Assembly: GCA_963422265.1 (NCBI GenBank)
Contig: OY729416.1
Coordinates: 960,001-1,024,000, forward strand
DNA length: 64,000 bases
Direction: 5' to 3'
DNA from: Thermodesulfobacteriota bacterium
Lineage (GTDB): Bacteria; Desulfobacterota_D; UBA1144; Nemesobacterales; UBA2774
Shown: in pieces, positions 33,399 to 41,657 of the stretch
Layout of the letters: every line of letters begins with the position of its first letter
How positions within the stretch are numbered: position 1 is the stretch's first letter
Notes under the pieces: generated by a model
Told to the model about the DNA's origin: nothing
Database searches by the model: none
Seen by the model: only the letters and a program-made list of their open reading frames with translations
Made by a program: the position numbers and the translations under genes

Positions 33399-34121
33399 CT
33401 AGTGCATAGTAACGTATCTTTCAATGTTTTTTGCAATAGGATCCCTTGACGCAATGGAACTGACTTGAGACCCTCCAATATTTGCATCCATTAACCTGCT
33501 CAAGTGTCTAGGGGGAAGTTCTTCCTGGTCATTGAAAATAAGCAATATTGGTGTTTTACTATTATGAAGCAAAAGATGTTGTAAGGTTATAGTGACCAAT
33601 TTCGCTTTGTCCGCACCTAGAATGCCAAATAGAAACAGGAGTGTTTTCTCTTCGTTCTGTAATGAATAGTCAATAACGTAATTATCGGCGTTTTCTAAAT
33701 CCGGAACTACATAATCTTTTTCTAATTGGAGAATAGGGTGCTTACTGATAATTTGATTCAGTAATTCTTCCAAATCTTTGTAAAAAGTTACTTCGGGACG
33801 ATCTCTGTTGAGGTAGGACAAATCATAAACTTGGCTCAATGCTTGTCCTAAACGAAATATACCATCAGAAATTCTATCAACAGGGATTTCTACATAGAAG
33901 TTTCCATCTTCTTCTTGAATTTCATTTTCTCTTAGTATTTGCTCCATTAATTTTCCTTTATTGCCTTTGAAATACTTACTCACATCTGGAGTGTCATAGC
34001 TTAACCTCATAACAGTATTTGCTTCATCGCTAATGCGAATTTGTCCCTCGTCAACTTCCTTCAAATATATAGAGTAATGATCACCGTCCGGAGAAGAGAA
34101 CGGGGTCGAAATCATCAACAT
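33399..34121 (-). CDS. DUF1828-like protein (frame open upstream to ~34200; start possibly damaged)
   Basis: ISTPF..PDGD.YSIYL......IRISD.A.T.M.L; FY.D. Confidence 0.7.
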   Translation of the reverse strand: MLMISTPFSSPDGDHYSIYLKEVDEGQIRISDEANTVMRLSYDTPDVSKYFKGNKGKLMEQILRENEIQEEDGNFYVEIPVDRISDGIFRLGQALSQVYDLSYLNRDRPEVTFYKDLEELLNQIISKHPILQLEKDYVVPDLENADNYVIDYSLQNEEKTLLFLFGILGADKAKLVTITLQHLLLHNSKTPILLIFNDQEELPPRHLSRLMDANIGGSQVSSIASRDPIAKNIERYVTMH

Positions 34122-34139
34122 GCCATTTTTGCGCTCTAT

Positions 34140-34681
34140 CAGTTGAATATCGGTGCAGAGTTGTTGACGTAGTTCTTTCTGTAAGCTATCCTTGCTGATC
34201 TAAGTATCGCCCCGCAAAGATCGCTTTGCGACCTGGTGTGCCATTTTATATTGTAGTCTTCAAATAGACACTTGAGTGCACCATTTACATCGGAATATCA
34301 GTCAGTAACCTGTGTGTTTTCATGTTCGGGACTTCTATCCCTTCTGTTTATGCTTTCAGAAGTTGCATGATGGATATGACATTCATAATGTGCTATTTTG
34401 TTTTCGTGATTGGGTCCGTTGTATCGAGACAGCCTTATGTTTTCCTTGTCCAGTATCATCACAATGCCGCATGAGAAGTTTTCTGGGTCTCTTTCGTTGA
34501 GCCGAGCAAAAACTTTCAGTAACAACTCCAAGAAAACTTCTTGCAAGAAATTTGCTTCCTTAAATTCAACATCAAAACTCCATTGCTTGCTCTGCTTTCG
34601 AATTTTAGGCGGCGTCTGTTTTATGTTTATGATTTTAGGAGTATCCTTTATCGAACCTAAAATTTTTTCTGACATCTCCAC
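34140..34681 (-). pseudogene. His-rich hypothetical partner of the DUF1828-like gene, with probable premature stop at 34298-34300
   Basis: RYNG..H......HIH.AT motif; after TGA the same frame continues YSDVNGALKCLFEDYNIKW. Confidence 0.55.
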
Positions 34682-34683
34682 TA

Positions 34684-37600
34684 TTACACCTCCACCACCT
34701 TCAAACTCTCAATACCCCTATCATCTACTATTTTAACCGCGACTCTGCGGTTTTTGCCAAGCTCAAAAGGTAACGAGACTGTTCCCCTGTATGCCTCTAT
34801 CAATTCTTGGTCTATCTCGGCTTTCAGGTTTTTGGCAAGCCTTGTCCATCCACCTTTACTGTCCGCCATTGGAAAGAATACCTGACGTGGATAAAGACAT
34901 CTGCCATCATAGTCGGTGTCTAACATCCAGACTGCTATATTCTTTTCATCGCCGGATTCAAGTTTGCCGGTCTTGGTGTTGAAGTAGTCAAAGCCCCGGA
35001 TAGTGATTTGTGAATAGTTCTTAGTTGTCAGTTTTGAGTTTTGAGTCGGTAGTTTTAAGCCTTGAGCGATTTCTTCAAGCTGTAGAGTAACTTTGCTATC
35101 TCTTCGCAATTGCTCAGCAATTCCTTTAAGCTGGCTTCTCCCAGAAATCCCAAATTCCGAGAGATTATCAAAAAAGTCTCTAACTCGGCTAACGAACCCT
35201 GTGCTATCGAGAGAAATTGCAGAAATTCCTTTTTGCTTTGTCTCGCTTGTCCCTCCGCTATGTTTGCTGGGATAGAGGTTCCAGCCCTTCTCACTTGCGA
35301 GGTAATGCCATACTTCTCTTCCTTGGGAAAGGATGAGGTAGAGTAGTAAATCTTGTTGACTAAGCTGATTGACTTTCGCCAAACTATCAAGTCCCGATAA
35401 TTCCTTGAATACGTCATAACTTGCAATCTCCATATCACTAGAAACTAAAAACTCATAACTGCAGACTGCCACATCCGGTTGCCCGACCAGCCAGAAACTT
35501 TCATTGCTCGCGCGTTTTTTCTTCAGGTCATCGGTTTGCATATCGGCGTTCATTTGGACTTTGAGTAAAGTCATGCCAGTTTTTTCAGGCGACAACTCAT
35601 CAATGTCTTTTGCCGCTTCTGGATCAAATTGAAAGGCGGCAAAGATCAACATGCTCGGGCGCGGCATCAAAGTGCGCGCCTCTTCCCAGGCAAGCTCTAC
35701 CTGCCTCTGTTCAAGAGGGGCGTGTTCAGGACCGAATGAAATCACCGCGCGGTGCGGATTATACGCCGTTGCGGCTTCCTTGAATTCGTCCGATCCTGAA
35801 TCATCAGGTTTTGTTTCAGCTTCTGCGTGTAGCCAACGACAGGGGATGGGTTCGACGCGAGAGAAGGAAATATGCTGCCCGTTTTTGCCACGAATGCCGG
35901 TTTTCAGCAGTTCATCGCGCCATTCACTTTGGCGCAGGGTCTCGCCGGAGCGAGATAGAGAAGCGTCAGCTACTTCAACAGAAAGTCTTTCTCCCTCACC
36001 CTTAATCCCTCTCCCAGAAGGAGAGGGAAGCACATCGGAGATGGGTTGAACGGTTGGGGATGGAACAGCTTCTACGGTGAAAGGTCCGGTTACTCGGGCG
36101 CGTTTGTTGTCTTTCAGCGGCTGATCGTAAAGAGTTTCTGTTGCGGGAGGCTCATCATTGGCTATGGATTTCAAAGTAACGTGCGGAACTTTTTTATATT
36201 TAAAGCCACTGCCGACACCCTCATCAGGATACGCCAATTTGTAATAATCAAACGTAGCAGTCATCAACCTTTGCTTAGCGAGTGTAAGAGCCACGCGCGA
36301 GGTATCGCAGGTGATCCAGCGTCTGCCCCATTGCTCGGCAACGTAAGCAGTCGTGCCACTGCCACAGGTTGGGTCAAACACCAGATCGCCAGGGTCGGTG
36401 GTCATGAGGATGCAGCGTTCTATTACTTTAACTGCTGTTTGAACTACAAATATTTTTGTAGATTCGCCCCCTAACTTACTCCACATATTTGACAAAGGTG
36501 TTACTGGATAATCATCTAAGAAACGAACAAAACAAGGAAAAGATCCGCTTACTTCTATTCGGTTATGTTGCGTTAACCTGCTTAGCCCTTCAATGGTTGT
36601 TGTCCAATGAGTCCCTTTTCTGGGGTAATACTTTTTCCCTTCAAAACGAAAAACCTCTTCCTCTTTTCCAGATCCTTGACTACATATATCACTTAGCCTA
36701 TATAATCTTGAGCTTTCTGGGATAATACTAGGATTTTTTATTTCTTCCTTCGAGCATTTTCTACGTATGCCATCTGAATTTTCCAGTCGGTTGTACTGGT
36801 TAATACCAGCACCATGAGTTTTAGGCATAAACAATTGACGATATTTTCTTTTTGCGGACTTAATATCTTTTGAGTACCAAAGCAGAAAATCATAAATATT
36901 TCCGACAAAACTGGAAGCATCTTTTGCTGCTTGTGTAGTATATGTTATCTGTGCTACAAAATTCCTTACCCCAAACACCTCATCCATAATCTCCCGAATA
37001 TGATGCACGTTCTCGTCTGAAATCTGCACAAACACACTGCCGCTTTCCGTAAGCAATTCCCTTGCCAGCAGCAGACGGTCGCGCATATAGGAAAGGTAGG
37101 AGTGAATCCCCAGTTCCCAGGTATCACGGAATGCCTTGATAGTTTCAGGCTCTGTGGTCAAGTCTTCATCTTTACCGTCTTTGACATCACGCTTATTGAC
37201 AAATGGCTGAAAATTGCTGCCGTATTTGATGCCGTAGGGCGGGTCCATGTAAATGCACTGAACCCCCTGACTACCCCCCCCCCCCCCCCCCCCCCAATAT
37301 TTTCCTTTTGCAGCAGCGAGTTCATCACCAGTAGGGAGTCGCCCGCAACCAGTCGGTTTGTCCAGTTGTGGGAGTGTTGGTAAAACTCAATCTCCTGCCG
37401 AAGTGGAATTTCACGTTCTTGCTCAAAAAGAGGCAGTTGATTGCCGTCACCGTTTCCGTTGCGTTTTCTAACCGCTTCCACAATAGTGCGCGGGTCTATG
37501 CGGTCGTGGACGTGAAGCGATACGTTTGGCACTTCAAATGAAGTATGCTCGGCTTTCCCCGCCCATTGGAGTTGCGGGTCTAAGTGCGGATCGTAGGTAT

Positions 37601-37736
37601 AGGCCTTCTTGGCGCCCGTGTCGGGGTCAGTGTTTGGCGTTACAAGCCCTACCGGCGGGTTATTGACGCGCTGTTTGTCTCGATGTTCATAGGATTCAAT
37701 ATGTTGGCGTTTTGCCTTGGGCTTTTTCCGTGACAT
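34684..37736 (-). CDS. mod: Type III R-M DNA methyltransferase Mod, frameshifted at G22 tract as assembled; contains two in-frame insertions
   Basis: ORF 37158-37736 (YDPHLDPQLQWAGK, NRLVAGDSLLVMNSLL) joins ORF 34684-37248 (VQCIYMDPPYG, DPTCGSGTT, VAVKIVDDRGIE) if the tract is G20 or G23. Confidence 0.92.
35001..35470 (-). mobile_element. Intervening-sequence-like insert: four-helix-bundle gene between complementary 7-nt periodic arms, inside mod
   Basis: Sits between mod FWLVGQPDV and RGFDYFN; xAGTyyy heptads at 35001-35056 and ACT heptads at 35436-35468 on the + strand. Confidence 0.75.
35055..35417 (-). CDS. Four helix bundle protein (23S rRNA IVS protein family, Avd-related), nested in the +1 frame of mod
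   Basis: YRDLIVWRKS..L...IY.....FPKEEKYG.TSQ.RRA..SIPANIAEG..R.S.KEF..FL.IA.GSL.ELET; GGAG RBS upstream of ATG 35417. Confidence 0.92.
   Translation of the reverse strand: MTYSRNYRDLIVWRKSISLVNKIYYSTSSFPKEEKYGITSQVRRAGTSIPANIAEGQARQSKKEFLQFLSIAQGSLAELETFLIISRNLGFLGEASLKELLSNCEEIAKLLYSLKKSLKA
35993..36030. repeat. REP-like palindromic element translated in frame in mod (LPSPSGRGIKGEG)
   Basis: ccctcacccttaa-tccctctcc-cagaa-ggagaggga has a 9-bp perfect stem; related copies at ~37848 and ~39168. Confidence 0.8.
37274..37295 (-). repeat. G22 homopolymer (coding strand) in mod
   Basis: 22 C on the + strand, about 9 codons before DPPY. Confidence 0.92.
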
Positions 37737-37758
37737 TAAGCTCCTCCTGCTAATCCTT
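37670..37758 (-). repeat. 89-bp direct repeat, copy 1 (mod RBS plus first 22 codons)
   Basis: Identical by eye to 39006-39094. Confidence 0.92.
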
Positions 37759-37847
37759 TATGAAAAAAGGGGATTTGGCGTTTCACATCTTGGGTTCTCA
37801 TTGATTAGTAATAGCTTGAGACTGCTATATAAAGACACACACTGCTG

Positions 37848-37870
37848 CTCTCTCCCAGAGGGGAGAGGGA
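37848..37870. repeat. Partial copy of the REP-like palindrome
   Basis: ctctccc-agag-gggagag stem. Confidence 0.7.
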
Positions 37871-37896
37871 GAAGGAAGTTGCAATTTTTACACGAT

Positions 37897-38058
37897 TCAC
37901 GGCTTTTTTGGTGGAGGCGTGTTAGTCCGCTTTTCTCCGCCGACTTCTATTTTGGGCTGGTACCCAATAAGTTGACCTTTTATGGGCTGGTACCCTTGGG
38001 TCCGGTACCCTGACTCGTGCCGTTTCTGCTGTTCATCCACAGACTTCTTCTTTATCAT
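37897..38058 (-). CDS. 53-aa peptide with GYQP repeats (below the ORF-track cutoff)
   Basis: AAGGAG RBS; MIKKKSVDEQQKRHESGYRTQGYQPIKGQLIGYQPKIEVGGEKRTNTPPPKKP. Confidence 0.7.
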   Translation of the reverse strand: MIKKKSVDEQQKRHESGYRTQGYQPIKGQLIGYQPKIEVGGEKRTNTPPPKKP

Positions 38059-38073
38059 TGTTTTTCTCCTTTG

Positions 38074-38664
38074 TTATTTACTAAATAGTTCTACTGAAAC
38101 CATCTCGCTTGACAATATAATTATACCCTTGGTTGAAGTTCTCACACGCTCGAATCCACCATCATCATTTAGCTTCCATGCTTCTTCTAAATACAACTGC
38201 TCATCGGCAGGGGCACTTGATGAAAAAGATTTTGAATCGTAGCTTCCCGCTATTTTCGTTCCATTCTTAAGCGTAACAATAATCCAATACGGTTCTCTTT
38301 TAGAGAATACATAATCCCAGGGTTTTTGGGTTGGATGTGGGACGCCTACGTTTTGAAAGAATCGGCTAGTTCTTATAGTTTTCCATAGAAAAACCCAAAT
38401 TACCGGCGCGATAAAAAGAACGAAAAGGCAAGTCAAGTAATATATAAATCCTTGTGAGCTTCTCAAATTATATGAGTTAAAGAAAACGACCAGCGGAGAC
38501 AGCAAAGCGTAGTTTATACAACTGTATGTTATAGCCTCAACAATTTGTTTTGATGACTCTGTTTTTTCAGATGGAAAAAACAACTCGTAGGCTCTCAAGC
38601 TTACGAAGCCTGGAATAACGAATGCTATAAAAAGTATTAGTTTATCTTGTTCCCATATATCCAT
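38074..38664 (-). CDS. Membrane protein, DUF6338-like
   Basis: FIAFVIPGF, PWDYVF, WIIVTLKNG..IAG, EQLYLEEAW; GGAGG RBS. Confidence 0.75.
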   Translation of the reverse strand: MDIWEQDKLILFIAFVIPGFVSLRAYELFFPSEKTESSKQIVEAITYSCINYALLSPLVVFFNSYNLRSSQGFIYYLTCLFVLFIAPVIWVFLWKTIRTSRFFQNVGVPHPTQKPWDYVFSKREPYWIIVTLKNGTKIAGSYDSKSFSSSAPADEQLYLEEAWKLNDDGGFERVRTSTKGIIILSSEMVSVELFSK

Positions 38665-38843
38665 CTTCTTCCTCCCCGTTTACGCCCAATAAACTACAAG
38701 TAGGCACATTGCAATGTGCGCTTATTGAATTTTACTTCTTTTTGTAGTTATATAAATAGCAGAATAAGCAATACTCCCCAAGCAAGAAGGTGTAGGTTCA
38801 GCGCGTATATTAGATAAAAGAGAGTGGGAGAGAGAAAAAAGCG

Positions 38844-39072
38844 TTAATTGATTCCCCATAATTGCACGGCTATACCCGCATGTTTTCTTTGTCTTGATTC
38901 AATTACATTGTGCTCCCCATTCGAAATACTCACCTACGTTTTTGTTAATAGCGTAATTGGTGTGAGACAAGATCTCTTTTTTCTTCTCAAATGGCTGTTG
39001 ACCTAGCTGTTTGTCTCGATGTTCATAGGATTCAATATGTTGGCGTTTTGCCTTGGGCTTTTTCCGTGACAT
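38844..39072 (-). pseudogene. Chimeric relic: duplicated mod 5' end fused to a frameshifted fragment resembling a DUF1524/GmrSD C-terminus
   Basis: MSRKKPKAKRQHIESYEHRDKQ-LGQQPFEKKKEILSHTNYAINKNVGEYFEW, then in the shifted frame VIESRQRKHAGIAVQLWGIN*. Confidence 0.55.
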
Positions 39073-39094
39073 TAAGCTCCTCCTGCTAATCCTT
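39006..39094 (-). repeat. 89-bp direct repeat, copy 2
   Basis: Identical by eye to 37670-37758. Confidence 0.92.
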
Positions 39095-39167
39095 CTGTGA
39101 GAGATAATTTACACAATAAAAGCGTGTAATGGGTTATTTACATTTGTTAGAATTTGTTATAAGCATA

Positions 39168-39276
39168 CCCTCACCCTTAATCCTTCTCCCAGAGGGAGAA
39201 AGAAAACGATCAGCGGAGACAACAACGCGTAGTTTATGCAATTGTATGTTATAGTCTCAACAATTTGTTTTGATGA
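39168..39276. repeat. REP-like palindrome copy followed by a 76-bp diverged copy of 38481-38556
   Basis: ccctcacccttaatccttctcccagagggagaa, then 39201-39276 with 6 mismatches to an internal part of the DUF6338-like gene. Confidence 0.85.
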
Positions 39277-39279
39277 GAC

Positions 39280-39316
39280 AAAAAACCCGGGCTATCTATT
39301 AGCGGATAGCCCGGGT
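39280..39316 (-). terminator. Rho-independent terminator of the substrate-binding protein gene
   Basis: Minus strand acccgggctatc-cgctaata-gatagcccgggt followed by a T run. Confidence 0.88.
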
Positions 39317-39385
39317 CTGAAAAATTTACAAATATAAATTCAGCAACCTCACCAACAATACTCGGCAGTTACTTCAAGGATGTTA

Positions 39386-40768
39386 TTATGGGTTTATTGG
39401 TGTTATTTCTCCGTCTTCAAGTTTAAATGTATCAGTTTTAACTTCCTCAGTATTCTGACCCTTCGTATAAACTTTGTAGAATCCATTGGTTATATCTCCA
39501 TTATCGTCAAAATCTATCGAACCTGAAATTCCATTGTAGTCAATGTCATCATTACTTTCATCACTATCAGTTAGAAAATCGACACACTCTTTGTATTCGG
39601 TACACTCTGTCCCATCCTTAGAAACCTTAATCATCTCAGAGACATATTCAGATGGATCCTTGCTACCTGCAGCTTTGGACGCCAAAGCCAAAAGCACTAC
39701 TGAATCATAAGTATGGGCAGCGTATTCAGTATTGTCTAATTTTTCTCCTAATTCGTTTTTCTTGTCTTCTAGACGTTTTCCAAATGCGCTTTTTTTCGCT
39801 GGATCACCAGTCCCTGTTAGAGATTTGAAACCAGTTTTAACTTCTTCTTCCTCACTCAGAAGATAACCATCGGCTGAATAGTATCTAGCTTGACCTAGAC
39901 TTGTTCCTGGATTTGGAATTCCACTTTCACTTTCCATAGCCTTTATGAGATTCTCTCCCTCATCAAAAACGAGAAGTATTATAGCGTCGGCGGCATTGAT
40001 GGTGTTGCCATTACTTCCGATATCCTTGATTTCTTCTATTACCGTGTCGAGCGTATCTTTATCGCTATCTTTTATCTTCCCATCTTCCCTGTTATCACCT
40101 TTCGCAGAATATGACGCACTCCCAATCAAAGTGAGTTTGTCATAACTAGCGATCTCTGTTTCTATCAATTTTGCCAACCCCGTACCCCATGCGTCATCAC
40201 GATAGACCATTGCTACTTTAACCTCGTTAACAGACCCAAAATCCTTTTTTATCTGTGTTATCATCATTGGCGCCATGTGAACATCTGATAAGGAAGTTCT
40301 GTAGTAATAAGGATATTCTCCAGTAATACCAAGATCACGATAATTTTTATTATAATCTGTGAACCTCGTCGCGGTATTTGAAGGCGATATCATAACGGTT
40401 TTACTCCTGACCACTGGGTCATACATAAGTGTAGAAACTCCAGAAGCGTAAGCTCCGAGGACAGCATGAACACCCATTTCCAAAAACTCATTAGCTGCTT
40501 TTTTACCCGTTTCGCTCTTTCCTTCACTATCCTTAAATAGGACCTTAATGTTTCCGCCAGCCTTATTAATATCGTCCTCCGCCAACAAAGCAGCTACCTT
40601 CATAGCACCAGAGGAACTTGAAGCTGCACCACTAATAGGTAAAACCGCTCCTATACAGAAAGCATCCCCACATGCAGATTCATCATCACTATCACAACCA
40701 AACATCAAAAAACCACTTAAAAGCAATACTGCAAACAAGAAACCCGAAAATAAACTTACCTTTCTCAT
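39386..40768 (-). CDS. Branched-chain amino acid-type ABC substrate-binding lipoprotein (orphan)
   Basis: Lipobox MFGC, IGAVLPISG, LGAYASG, MISPSNT, DIDYNGISGSIDFDDNGD. Confidence 0.9.
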   Translation of the reverse strand: MRKVSLFSGFLFAVLLLSGFLMFGCDSDDESACGDAFCIGAVLPISGAASSSSGAMKVAALLAEDDINKAGGNIKVLFKDSEGKSETGKKAANEFLEMGVHAVLGAYASGVSTLMYDPVVRSKTVMISPSNTATRFTDYNKNYRDLGITGEYPYYYRTSLSDVHMAPMMITQIKKDFGSVNEVKVAMVYRDDAWGTGLAKLIETEIASYDKLTLIGSASYSAKGDNREDGKIKDSDKDTLDTVIEEIKDIGSNGNTINAADAIILLVFDEGENLIKAMESESGIPNPGTSLGQARYYSADGYLLSEEEEVKTGFKSLTGTGDPAKKSAFGKRLEDKKNELGEKLDNTEYAAHTYDSVVLLALASKAAGSKDPSEYVSEMIKVSKDGTECTEYKECVDFLTDSDESNDDIDYNGISGSIDFDDNGDITNGFYKVYTKGQNTEEVKTDTFKLEDGEITPINP

Positions 40769-40914
40769 CTAATTAAACCTCCTCTTGATCAGGTTAAAAC
40801 CTAATGGGTTATTATATCACACAATTTAACATCTGTAAAGAATATATATGATGGATTGTAGGAACAACCGGTTGTCCTTTATCTGACAAAGGGAGTACAG
40901 ATGGATTCCGAACC

Positions 40915-41607
40915 TTACAGCTTCAATTCAATAAAGGCTTCTGCATGCTTCATCTCTGTCAAGCCGTGCCTTTCATCAAAAACCGCTCTGTATCTGTTTA
41001 GCCCTAATATGCCATCGGTGTAGTTTTTATATTCAATCTGGCTCCTGTGCGTTTCTATAGCTCTAATCTTTAGATCAACGTATTGGGATATATCCTCTAT
41101 CCTGTTGTAGCTGTCAAAAGGAGTCCATACCTCGTAACACCAAATACCCAGAGTTGATAAATCTTTATTTGCTGATAATAAATCCTTCAACTCGCCCAGG
41201 GCGAGACGTGAAGCTATTCGATGGGTTGGATGTCTATCTGTTTCGGGGTGGGGCATATATATTTCCCTGGGCGTAAATTTTATAACCGCCTCTCTTAAAC
41301 CATTTCTGAAGCGGCGTTTATTCTCCTCACTTTTAAGATTGTGAAGCACTAAGGGGATCAGAAACTGAATGCCTAGCGTCAAGGCAGCTTTTCTAGCTTC
41401 TTGCAGTCTTGTTTCTGCTAATTCCTCTCTGCTGAGACCGCTAAGAGTAGTGCTTCCACTCCCGTCAGTGGCTACGAGCGACACTACTTCCACACCCCGT
41501 TCAATCAATTTAGCGACAGTGCCACCCATTCCTATTTCAAGATCATCAGGATGAGGAGATATAACAAGGACGCTATTGGTATCCATAGGTCTTTGATTCC
41601 TTGACAA
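40915..41607 (-). CDS. PIG-L family deacetylase
   Basis: ISPHPDDLEIGMGGT, D.HPTH, H.SQ. Confidence 0.92.
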   Translation of the reverse strand: MSRNQRPMDTNSVLVISPHPDDLEIGMGGTVAKLIERGVEVVSLVATDGSGSTTLSGLSREELAETRLQEARKAALTLGIQFLIPLVLHNLKSEENKRRFRNGLREAVIKFTPREIYMPHPETDRHPTHRIASRLALGELKDLLSANKDLSTLGIWCYEVWTPFDSYNRIEDISQYVDLKIRAIETHRSQIEYKNYTDGILGLNRYRAVFDERHGLTEMKHAEAFIELKL

Positions 41608-41657
41608 TTACACAGCATCAATCAGTGTATTAACTTAACTGAAAAGCGGCGTTTAGC

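Noticed and set aside
34298-34300. Selenocysteine or recoded TGA
   Set aside because: No SECIS-like hairpin directly after the codon, the context is not a redox Cys site, and TGA is a normal stop in other genes of the window.
35001-35470. Intein or group I/II intron explanation for the mod insert
   Set aside because: The host frame has no HN-C/S/T intein end or homing-endonuclease motif. Nearly the whole insert is the nested ORF, leaving no room for a ribozyme core.
35055-39276. Diversity-generating retroelement (Avd-like protein plus repeat pair 38481/39201)
   Set aside because: No reverse transcriptase in the window; the 6 mismatches are not adenine-specific on either strand; the 89-bp pair has no mismatches.
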